From: Tubiluchus corallicola
Taxonomy: Eukaryota > Animalia > Priapulida
Assembly: GCA_030141605.1 (NCBI GenBank)
Contig: JAQGDQ010000343.1
Location: forward strand, 189,122-253,121
Length of the DNA: 64,000 bases
Reading direction: 5' to 3'
Shown here: one piece after another, positions 14,001 through 25,262 of the stretch
How positions within the stretch are numbered: position 1 is the stretch's first letter
How the letters are laid out: each line of letters begins with the position of its first letter
Made by a program: the position numbers and the translations under genes
Notes under the pieces: model-generated
Told to the model about the DNA's origin: nothing
Database searches by the model: none
What the model saw: the letters and a program-made list of their open reading frames with translations, nothing else

Positions 14001-15510
14001 ATTGATACAAAAAAGGATCGCATCCGCATTGCAATCTTTATGAAAACTCACATTGTCAAGTACACTTAAGTACGAAATTGTGCAAATTGCACGTCAAGCC
14101 ATGGCAAATGTAATCAGCAGAAGAGATTAATGCTTTTCTCTTACTAACATCGAGTTCAACAAAGCTTGGCTAACGTTTCATATCTTTTATTATGGAGAGT
14201 TTTACAAAGTTTTGCCTGTAGCCATAGATTTTTCACCTGCCGTTGAAATCTGCAAATGTGAATCCAAAGTGCCAACTTCTAAGTAACTTCTTAGGCACAA
14301 AAACACATGTAAAACACTACAGGATGCTTCCTGTCTGTCAGCCTGCCAGTTATATTCTGTATTTAAATCTATGACCAACATTTCTGACAACTCATTGTGG
14401 ACACTGACATCAAGTCAGAAAGAAAGCATTGGAATACAAAACTTGCCAGAATCAAGGAAAAGAGAGTAATGCACCTGACAAAAGTGCTAATGAAAAAAGA
14501 ACTTTATGTCAAAACCTTGGAGTTTGACGAATAACGTCTTCTCAATGTTTATGGCAAAGTCAACATTGGAAAGTTGTTTAATATTCAAAAATATCAACCG
14601 TGCAAGTTAATTGACAGTTATCTAATGAAAACGGCTTTTCTGCAAGAAGTAAAGGAAGTTTCCAAAGACGACTTGCGGAGTGAAGAGAATACTGTTCAGC
14701 ATGTACTGAGCATTTTGCAACATATATATCTGCATGTTGTAGAAATAGGTCTATGACACACTGCATGTTGGATGGCATAGTTTTTTGGAGACCACACGAC
14801 AACGAAAATCGAAGTAGAGTAAGAGGATTGATTAAAAGATATGTTTATTAAAAGTTAAGAACAATCATCGTAGCAACGGTCGGGAACAAGGTTCCTTACT
14901 GATAGAAATGGATTGGGAAGGATGCCCCCTGCTGGTCACCATAGCAACAGACTAACCACCGTAGCAATGTACTGCGAAACCACAACTAGGTTACCATGAC
15001 AATGTCAGAGATAGAAGTGATGTCACCTCAGCCTCAAACACATGAAGATGATAAAGTTGTGCAAAATTTGGCTGTGAAGAAGACAGTTTTCCAGGAAATT
15101 GGGACAATCAAAGACGATTTTGATTCTCGTACTGTTTTCACGGGAAGCAGTTCTTATGACATGAAGAATTGGGGCTGCCAGGCAAATACAGGTAGCTAAT
15201 TGTCGCAAAGCTTTTGATTGTGAAACAGTTCACTGAAAAGACACTTTTGTCTGCCCTTGTATGAATTTCTAGAAATAAGTGTGACAGTTTCCGTCTCTGT
15301 CATTATTATTGTAGACAGACAAATGTGTACAAAGAGCATGTCAAGCTTTGACCATCTAATGAGCAAAAAGCAACAAGTATTTCCTCTTGTAAATATTAAG
15401 TACAAAGCAAATTGTCTGAGATTTTGTTGCTGTTTTTGTAAGCACTTTTCCTGTTGCCATAGATTTTTCAACTGGCATTGAAATTTGCAAAAGACATTCC
15501 AATCCTTCAA
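5020..15510 (+). pseudogene. Tandem array of disrupted ankyrin plus cGAS-like (Mab-21 / cGLR) nucleotidyltransferase genes
   Basis: Repeated frameshifted or stop-interrupted modules. Ankyrin: TFLHYAIRNKDLKLLQLLLENGSDP..NKEGDALLHLAA (about 7750, 10790, 13610). NTase loop: FVGSSSCGINIGLLDEYDYLIVL (about 8015, 11140; variants at about 5290, 13895, 15135). Third-Asp strand: YYKVLPVAIDFSPAI (7 copies). Also HAVCKP...LWTLTSSQKE and the Mab-21 C-terminal IDSYLMKTAFL...LWSEENTVQHVLSILQ. Period about 3.04 kb. No intact ORF. Confidence 0.8.
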
Positions 15511-15533
15511 CTTGCTGCATATAATACATCACA

Positions 15534-16260
15534 TCAGGTGGTGCAAAAAACTTGCAGAAGTTTTGATCATGATTTTGTAAAAAAAAATAACGGAATTGCT
15601 TAAAAAAAATCCGTGTTGATATTACAGATTTTTGGGTATAAACACCAAAAATTTTCGGTCATTTTCTTGGACTTTTCTAGTGATATAGAAGTTTTAAACC
15701 ACCAAGTCAAAAAACTAAATGCCGGAAAAATATTGTCACTATTGCTATAATTTACAGCGAGTGCTCTCTGTGTCAACCATTTTCACTGGAAACCAAATAA
15801 GTCAATTTCTTCCTACAACTTATACAGTTTCTCACTTTTTAAGAGCTATTCGATTCCACCTTTCAACAATTTTTGCTTTTAGTTTCTTTGCACCAAATGG
15901 CTCCGTGGCAACTCTCATCATACACTTTCTTGGCAGTAAATCTTTATCAGTGCTTTATTTTCTGTGGTAAAGACCATGTAAACAGGTTGATTTCCATATA
16001 TATGTTTGACAGCCATATTTTGAGTGCTTTATCGGCTGTTTTTCAGCTGACGATTAGCTGACATCGTTCCGGCATTTAATTTTTTAATGTGCAAAAAAAT
16101 TTTTAGCCATAAGTTAAAAATCACTAAGAGTACAAACTTGTAACTTTGCATATAAAAGTTAATGCATTGTAATGTGTTGCAAAATTCCAACTTTAAACTC
16201 ATTTGCTTCTAATATTATTCCTGTCTAAGCTTCAGCAAATTTTTTCTGCACCACTCGATA
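15534..16260. mobile_element. TIR-bounded MITE marking the right end of the cGLR array
   Basis: ATCAGGTGGTGCAAAAAACTTGCAGAAG ... CTTCAGCAAATTTTTTCTGCACCACTCGAT imperfect inverted repeat. Confidence 0.65.
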
Positions 16261-16604
16261 TAAACATTACATAACATACATTACGTACACTAGATTATAC
16301 AATACGATATATCACAATAAAATACATTATAGGACACTTCTTCTCAGTTGCTTCTTGATTTGCATGCCTTATGTCAATGCTACTACCAGCTATCTAATTG
16401 TTGGTAATCATTTTCAGCTGGGCATGGAATAGTGGTGCATCTGTTTTTGACACTGGCAAAATTATTCAGAGCCCCTTGTAAGTAGTACCTGTACAGTTGA
16501 CCACGATGAAATGAAAATTGTATTACCCCTGTGTGTTCTCCATTAGGCGCTGCACTACTTGGCAAGTCATCCAGTATTACTACTAGCACCACAGTCAGCA
16601 TTTC

Positions 16605-17490
16605 TAGAGAGAAAATGCTGCTCTGTTTCTGGCGTGTCGATTATCAACTGCAAACATGAGCTATGCATCTGCCATAGCTCCTAGCACTATTGTTAGTAGA
16701 ATTTGAGAGTAAATGTTGCTCTATTTTTGATGTGTCCATTATCAGCTGCAAACATGAGCTATGCATCTGCCATATCTCCTAGCACTATTGTCAGTAGAAT
16801 TTGAGAGCAAATGCTGCTCAATTTCTGGTGTGTCCATTATCACCTGCAAACATGAGCTATGCAACTGCCATATTTCCTAGCACTATTGTCAGTAGAATTT
16901 GAGAGTAAATGCTGCTCAATTTCTGGTGTGTCCATTATCACCTGCAAACATGAGCTATGCAACTGCCATATCTCCTAGCACTATTGTCAGTAGAATTTGA
17001 GAGTAAATGCTGTTCTATTTTTGATGTGTCCATTATCAGCTGCAAACATGAGCTGTGCATCTGCCATATTTCCTAGCACTATTGTCAGTAGAATTTGAGA
17101 GTAAATGCTGTTCTATTTTTGATGTGTCCATTATCAGCTGCAAACATGAGCTATGCATCTGCCATATTTCCTAGCACTATTGTCAGTAGAATTTGAGAGT
17201 AAATATTGCTCTATTTTTGATGTGTCCATTATCAGGTGCAAACATGAGCTATGCAACTGCCGTATCTCCTAGCACTATTGTCAGTAGAATTTGAGAGTAA
17301 TTGTTGCTCTATTTTTGATGTGTCCATTATCAGCTGCAAACATGAGCTATGCAACTGCCATATCTCCTAGCACTATTGTCAGTAAAATTTGAAAGTAAAT
17401 GTTGCTCTATTTTTGATGTGTCCATTATCAGCTGCAAACATGAGCTATGCATCTGCCATATCTCCTAGCACTATTGTCAGTAGAATTTGG
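16605..17490. repeat. 98-bp tandem repeat, about 9 copies
   Basis: GAGAGTAAATG...CCATTATCAGCTGCAAACATGAGCTATGC...CCTAGCACTATTGTCAGTAGAATTT recurs at 98-bp spacing. Confidence 0.95.
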
Positions 17491-19431
17491 GAGAAAAAAT
17501 GCCGATGTGTTCTCTGTTTGATGCGAATGCTGTTTGAATATCTCAGTTCCCGTTGCCTTGGACACATATATGAGAAATTTCACATCTTGGTGCTACTGTA
17601 CCCATGTTGTATTTAGATTCCACATCTTAGAAAGTCTATGCGGCTTGTCTCTTCCATGTTTCCGAGTTTTCGTCTGCACAACCTTAAAAAAGCGAAAAAA
17701 GGGAGCATCTACTTTCAATGGTGCGCAACTTTCCTTGCATATAATAATAATGACTTCGTTTAGGAGATAGTTCAGGGATAACACATTAACTAACTCAATA
17801 CTTATTTCCAAGATGATCCCGATTATCATCAACTGCATAGTACTTTACTTTGACAAACCCGCTTTCTTGATCGAAGAACCAGCGGTAACATTTTTTTAAG
17901 TCAGTATCACTTAGTTGGGAATTAAACCCGCGACCTCCCCTCCCAGGTGGGAAGCAAGCATGCTATCATAGAGCTATGTCCCTAGTCCGTTATAATTTTA
18001 ATTTGCAATATTTGCATTTCTCTTCAGCAAACTTAACCAAGCTTTATTAATTTTCGAAATATGAAGTTGCCATATTAAATGAAAACAAACAATAACATCC
18101 TTCAATCTATCAAATCCAAATACTCAACACTTCTTGAGAAAATTTTTGCTCCTGTTTTATCATTGTATCAATTTTAAAGTCTGTTGTTAATTTAACACTT
18201 GAAAACTGTTAGACTGCATATACCTTCTGAGTAAACAAATGCAGTTGTGTGTCTGGGAAAGCCTGTAGACTACGTACATCATTATAGATAACGTGTGTAA
18301 AGTTGTAAAATCACCTGACTAAGCTTGATTAATCAACGAACAAATAAGTAAGGCAAAGGCATTTTTAGTTTAGTAAAAAAATACGAGTAGAGAGTGTAGC
18401 ATTTTATTTTTTGCAGTATGTCCAAAAAAGGTTATTTACCATTCACTCTAGAAAAGTTTAGATGGTAGCCAAATTGCTGATTTTTTATTTTTTTGCAAAT
18501 TGGTACTATATTAGTTGTTTCATTGCAGCAAAGAAATCAGCTGAAACTTCAGAGCTGGATGCTGTGTAATTTGCTTCAGCACAAATCAGTTTTCATAAAT
18601 TTGGAATTTTGCTTATAATTTCACCACGTACACAGTTAGCAATTACCATTATAAACAAAAACCATACTGGGATTTGTGGGGCTCGAAAAGAACTATAAAC
18701 AAAATGGTATAACGTATATATGTTTAGCAAATTTCTAAGCAAAATGTACAAATTCCTAAAAGAGTGGGCATTTTTGCATAGTTGTTAGAGAAATCCATTT
18801 TTTGAGACATAGCTTCTAAGTGTTAAAATGAGTAAAATTTGTAAGATTTACCTCTCCACATGTACCAAATGAAATGTAAGTTTATTTTACAACACATCGA
18901 TCGTACGGCTTTAAAAGATATAAGAAATCTCCATTACTCAAATGCAATTTTTGAGTTTTAAACTAAACTGCAATAGTTACATACATACCATGACTGGTTA
19001 CTTTACTGTTCATTTTTTCATAGTGTTGCATCGCGTCTCTACTGAACTCCTTTCTATTTCATTTCTCTTCCCTTTTTCTCCATCTTCACTCCATTACTTT
19101 ATCTTTACTGTTCTCTGTTTTTCTATAAATTCTTTCTCTTGTTAGCTAAGCAATTTTTTCCGCTCTTCACGGTGGTTTCGGAAGCTTTGCTTTTCGACCA
19201 CCACGCCACATATATTTCTGGTTGATAAACTATTTTCTAGTTTAGTAACTATATTAATGTAGTTCTGTTACAGTTATTGTAAATATAGTAAGTTTGAATT
19301 ATTTTCCTTAACTATACATTAATAGTGTAATAGTACATAATAGTATATTAATGTAGTTTTGTTACAATTATTGTCAATATATTTGTCTTTTCCTAGTTAT
19401 AAGATGATAATGCAAGTTATAATGTAAAACT

Positions 19432-20083
19432 ATATGTGTGCTTGCATAGCCTAATCGTCAGTAAGTTGGCAGTTAAGCTTTTCTAGTTATTCACATATCC
19501 TGAGTCTTTATTTCATGAGGATCATTTTGATACCAAGTTCATTGCTCTATGTTATTTCTAAGCTGAAATAATCTACATTGAAGTTGAGGTGCAGAGGCTA
19601 CACACTGAAAAACATAATCTTGAGAAAATCTCTATTAAAGTTAGCCATTGTTTTTGGTTGTGTTTCTCCAAAACACTTAGCAACCGTACGAATGTCGCTT
19701 GCTACGGACTTTACAAGAACACATTGAAGTTATGTTTAAATCCATGAACATCGAACAGGGCTTGGCAACAGGAAAAACAAAATGACAGCTTGGCGAGCTA
19801 CTATCAGAGTTTGAAAATAGGAGTTTTCTACAAATGCAGTACTAGTTTCTAGACCAAAAAGTGGGTACAGGGTTAAAATTAGATTTTTAATGCTTTTTGA
19901 ACAATTTCTTGATAATTTGATGCTAGCATGTAAATGTCCAATATGTTTAGAAATTGTTTTTTATCAAAAAAACCAAAAAATTGACATTTGTCCAAACTTT
20001 TTGGGTCATTCTACTTTGAAGCATCGTAACGTAGTTTTAACTATGCCGACTTATGGACGGTTTTGGTTTGCAAGCACACATAT
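19432..20083 (+). mobile_element. MITE family A, full copy; other copies at about 1730-2003(-), 20983-21712(-), 35331-35720(+), 41189-41846(+), 49110-49550(+), 58144-58718(-)
   Basis: Termini ATATGTGTGCTTGCA...TGCAAGCACACATAT. Core TCCATTTCATGAGGATCATTTTGATACCAAG in six copies; the 49110 copy is a 3' fragment. The ATAT/ATTT flanks fit an AWWT TSD (Sola1-like; inference). Confidence 0.85.
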
Positions 20084-20982
20084 GCTACATTGGATAATAA
20101 ATTACAATTAAAAAGAAATTGTAATCAAACCAAGTAAAACGTAAGAAAATAAGTTTTCCTTCAAATTTATCTTATCTTGATAGAAAACCTAAACTAAAGT
20201 TTTTATACAAACCTGATTTCGTACTCCCGTTACGCTGCATATCTGCAGCGCCTGTCCTTTCCACACCAACAACGACTTTTGATATAAGCACGTCTAGCAG
20301 TGCTAATAAATCTTATACTTCAGTATTCGTGCGCATAAACACATGAGTGCAAAGGTTGGATTTGAAGGCCAAGTATTTGCAGAATAAGCGCAAAATGACA
20401 CAAACGTGATCAGGTTTTGTTTACATCGGCATTCTTACATTATTACAAAAGTATCTTGAGGGAAATATTAACGCTTGAAAGGTACAAATTAAAAAATATG
20501 AACTATTCTACTGACCAGGCAAAAATGCCCATTTTCTAAGTTCTTGTATACTTTTTTTGGATCTTTTCGAGCCGTAGCTGCCCTATGGAATCTCACTTTA
20601 GTTTTGTTTATAACGATAATTGCTGTGAATTTTAGTCTAAAATGAGGACAAAAATTCAAATTTACAAAAAAACTGATCTGCACTCAAACCAAATACACAG
20701 CACCCAGCTTTGAAATTTCAAATACAGTACTTATTTGCAAAAAATATAAAAATGCAGTTTGCTTTCTACGGAATTTGGCCATCAGGTATGCTTCTCTAGA
20801 GTAACGAGAAGTGACTTTTAGTGCAAATAATTACCACATTAGCGTATATTACACATAATTACTGTACAACACTCTGTACTCATATTCATGCAGTGGGGAA
20901 AACCATTCTCTTATCTTGTTTGTTCGGTGATTAGACAAGCTCTGTCATGTGGTATTACAACTTAGCCATGTCATCTGTAATT

Positions 20983-21712
20983 ATATGTGTGCTTGCAAAC
21001 CAAAACCGTCCATACGTCGGAATAGTTAAAACTATGTTATGGTGCTTCAAAGTAGAATGCATCAAAAATTTGGTCAAATGTCAATTTTTTGTTTTTTACA
21101 ATATATTGTTTTATTTTATACAATATACAAATTTATATACAGCATATATATATATGTGCGTGTGTGTGTATTTTAAATATGTTGGACCTTTTACATTCTA
21201 TCTCAAATTATCAAGAAAATGTTCAAAAAATACTAAAAATTAAATTTTATGACCCCAAACACTTTTTGTCTAGAATCTAATCTAGTACTGCAATTGTAAA
21301 AAACTTGTATTCTCAAATTTCGATAGTAGTTTGTGGAAGCAGCCCTTTTGCTTTGGGTTTTTTCTTTTGTGAAGCCCAGATCTTCGTCAGGAAGGGCCAT
21401 CTACTGGAATTAAATGACTTCAGTGTTTTTTTGAAAAGTCCATGGCAACCAACATTTGTGCAGTTGCTAAGTGTTTTTGTAGAAATGCGACAAAAAACAA
21501 TGGCTGACTTTAACAGCGGTTTTCTCAAGGTTATGTTTTTCAGTGCATAGCGTGCACCTCAACTTCAACGTAGATTATCTCAGCTTAGAAATAATCCAGA
21601 CCAGTGAGCTTGGTATCAAAATAATTCTCATGAAATGCAGATTCAGGATATGTGAATAACTAGAAAAGTTTAACTGCCGACCTACGAACAATTTTGCTAT
21701 GCATGCAACATT
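20983..21712 (-). mobile_element. MITE family A, inverted full copy
   Basis: Reverse complement of the 19432 copy, inserted into one unit of a ~190-bp duplicated sequence. Confidence 0.85.
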
Positions 21713-23802
21713 TACAGAGTCTACAGGCAATCCTAGACATACCTAAAGCTGCATTTGTTTATTTGCATACGGCCTCTGATAGCTTTGGATAAGTTTTAAT
21801 GCAACTAGGGAAAACCTTTCTCCTTACTTGTTTGTTCTGTGATTAGGCAAGCTCTGTCACGTGGTTTTACTACATACCCACCTTATCTGTAATTATTTAC
21901 AGAGTCCACACGTATCCTAGACATACCTAGAGCTGCATTTGTTTACTTGCATATGGCCTCTGATATATTTGGAGACAACACTAAAGAACCGCTTATACCG
22001 TCTGATAGCTTTTAAATGTTATGGTTACTATGCTGCTGTTGTACTTTTGCCTCAGGCATGAATAAGTTGTATGCTAAAGTAAAGTTACACAAACTTGTTT
22101 TATCACAACACTATACAAAAATTAGGAATATTATTAACTTAAGGGACAAGAAAAGGGGTACCTGAAGTGGGTTTCAGAAAAGTCACCTTAAAAATTATAT
22201 TACTTTACAGCATAGTCACCTTAAAAATTATATTACTTTACAGCATAGTCACCTTAAAAATTATATTACTTTACAGCATTTCTAAGCATATATTGTATTC
22301 ACTTCAAAAGGAATTTTTGTTTGTTTTCATTTTAAAGGTCCTGCAATACTGTTCCAAAGTCACCATTACATGACGTTACTACACAAATGTAAATCAGAGG
22401 AAGAAAAGGCAGTGTTAAAAAACTTTCCCAAAAAACTTCCCATGCAAATCTATATTACTTAGAATTGGTAAAATGTCGCTGGCTCACCCTTCGGCGTGCG
22501 CCACTCACTAGCCAAAAACATATTTTTAATCTTATCGACAAGTGCAGGGTTTTCTTGTGCTTTAAATGTCATTAGCAGTATGCAAATAACACACCTGAAA
22601 ATTGATAACACAGCATACAAGAAGCTTATTGAAGAGACACTTTAGTGAGATGCAAATATTATGGCGAACACCCGCTATCGTACTGACACCTGTCGGCATC
22701 AAATAGAGTTAGCACGTCAACTTATCATGTCACGAGTTTCATGTGATGCATTACAAGACAATTACTGAGCACGTTCCCTACTTGACTTCAAGTTTTAACC
22801 CTCCGCCCGAGAAACCACGTGCGTTTAAGCATAGTAACCAAGTTTTGCTGGCTTTTTATGAATCAGAAAAACTCATCTGTAAAAATGATATTGAAGCTAA
22901 CATTGAAATGACACCAAATGATTAGTAGAGGGTTGACATCATCGCTGTAAATTTTATGTGATTTTATGTGTGCACTGGGTGTAAGCCGTATGTTTGTTCT
23001 GTCCCATTTTGATAAAACATTTTTGCGAAAAGTGACCTTTGACTTTATCACATGGATTTACAAACAGATTGACCTCCAAATTGTCATTCATAATGAGGAG
23101 ATATCAACTTACCTAAGAATTTGAACCTTATAGACTTTAGCACTTGAGCTAGCGACAGTTCACGGACTCTACATACATGGAACTATTTACTCTATGAGGT
23201 TTGTGCCATCAAGAACATGTGCTTAAAACACCTCATTTTAGCAACTCCAGTCCATGTATTCTGATCAGTTCACTGACCATTTGCAATTGATTATGGCTGA
23301 TCTAATCTTGTTTTTGCACAAATGTTGAGGCTACTACTCATCCACGGAAGAATTATAGCTAGTTCACAATACAAATTATATTTTGGTGGCTGTAATATAA
23401 GACTGCCAAACATTCTGCTGTCACGTTTTGGAAATGCTGCAATTGCCATTTTATTACACAAAGGCTCCTCTTCTACTAAGGACCACCACATTCACAGCAC
23501 TGCATATTTCGTTTAGGTATGCATAGTTTTGCTGACAGAGCATGAATACAGGTGTTTACCACTGATATGCACTGCTGCTGTACTCTAGTGTGAATGTCAC
23601 TTAAAAGACCAGTTGTTAATAACATCAGTGAAAAGTTGTCGATACTCACAGTCTTTACCTTGCACTGTAAATGTCACCTTAAGTACACGAGTGCTCTACT
23701 ACTACACCAGAGAAAAGTTGCTGATGTTCACACCAGCACTCTGCTCTTGTCGCAGGGTGGCAGATGTGCTTACAGCCTTTAACTTGCATTGTGAATGTCA
23801 CC

Positions 23803-24237
23803 TCAAGTACATGAGTGCTCCACTACTACACCGGAGAAAAGTTGCTGATGTTCACACCAGCACTCTGCTCTTGTCGCCGGGTGGCAGATGTGCACATCAC
23901 AGTAACCGCACTTATATCTGCTCTCGTGCGATCGAGCCTTCTTGGCATTTGTCCTTCTTGCATTTCTTTTGCACTGCACACATTCACGTTTCTGGGCGCA
24001 GTGCAGTAACCTGTGATTGCACAGCGGACGTCTTCGTTTGCCAGCTATGGGCGGATTAACTACGGTTAATCCTCTTGCTAAGGGGTGTTTGGGATACTTT
24101 TTGCGCTTGCGACCTTGAAAATCGCTGATTAACTGGGATGCCAGTTTGCGCCGGAATGTCAGGTGATCTCTGTCATTTCCCACATTGAACGGCATATCGT
24201 TAGCCGTCGTCCAGTTTATGTAAGCATTGGTGATACT
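23803..24237 (-). CDS. PGBD-like gene, exon 6 with cysteine-rich C-terminal domain
   Basis: SITNAYINW...HLTFRRKLASQLI...RECVQC...SRYKCGYCDVHIC....AECWCEH then stop. tttcAG acceptor. AATAAA on the - strand at 23450-23455. Confidence 0.92.
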   Translation of the reverse strand, partial: SITNAYINWTTANDMPFNVGNDRDHLTFRRKLASQLISDFQGRKRKKYPKHPLARGLTVVNPPIAGKRRRPLCNHRLLHCAQKRECVQCKRNARRTNAKKARSHESRYKCGYCDVHICHPATRAECWCEHQQLFSGVVVEHSCT

Positions 24238-25262
24238 CTGAAATTATGAAAGATGCATTATAAAACGTTAACGAAATTGTAAGAATAACCAAGCACGTCC
24301 ATGCAACACTAAAATGCCTACTCTTAATAATTCTAGTTTAAAGGATTAACTAGTTAGTCATAAAAGGTTATGTCATAAGTCATTTATTTCTCATGACACA
24401 TTTACAATAGTTTCGTGTACAATATATGGTGAAAGGGCCTACAATGAACGTAATACAAATAAGCTTTTATTGCTTCTGCACAAGAAAAGCCTCACAGACT
24501 GTTCACATCTATACAAATATAAATGTGTTGCAGGCAATCAAAATCAGGGCTTGTTAGATTGTCCCACACAGTGAAAGAAAAAAAAGTAATGAAAATAATC
24601 AGAAAATTCGAAGTGAATTTTAACGTATGATAAAGAAAACATTTAGTGTTTCAGAATGTAATGATATAATGAGTGAAGCTCATATATGAGATGATAGCAT
24701 TATGGTGATCATATGATATATGACCAGCATAATAATTAATGCTGCAATATCCAGCTGACAAGATAGGCTATACCGATGTGGGGAAAGTATGTAAAACAAA
24801 GCAACGTGTTCTCAGTGGATGCACAATAATTCAGCGTCTTAAAATAGGAATATAATATATAATATTGTAATAGGAATCACCGGTTTAATTTTGACAACAA
24901 AATTACTTAATTGCACTGATACTAACATTATTTAAAATAAGTATTTGAATGTATGCAGTTTGTTGGATTAATTAACTAATTTATATTTCAAATGAAGTGT
25001 TAATTTGTAATGATACTCCTATAATACTGGTCAATCAACTTACATGAACTACTACTGCTAATACTGCAGCACATAGTAACTAGGAATGGAAAAATTTAGG
25101 ACATATTTGACCAGCAAATACTTTGTTTATTCTCTTGTTTCAATACCAGGTATTTCATTCAGACTTACTTGGTATTAAACTAGTAACTTGAACGAGAATC
25201 TAACTGCAATTTACGATATCAATGATTGACTCGTGTATCAGTGGAAGCATAAAGAACAAGGT

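Noticed and set aside
17905-17980. tRNA-like fragments on the - strand (also about 34770 and 48805)
   Set aside because: Only B-box-like remnants and no cloverleaf. Probably tRNA-SINE debris, not tRNA genes.
22690-22745. RHQIELARQLI resembling a piggyBac C-terminal helix on the + strand
   Set aside because: Too short, bounded by stops, and no other motifs nearby.
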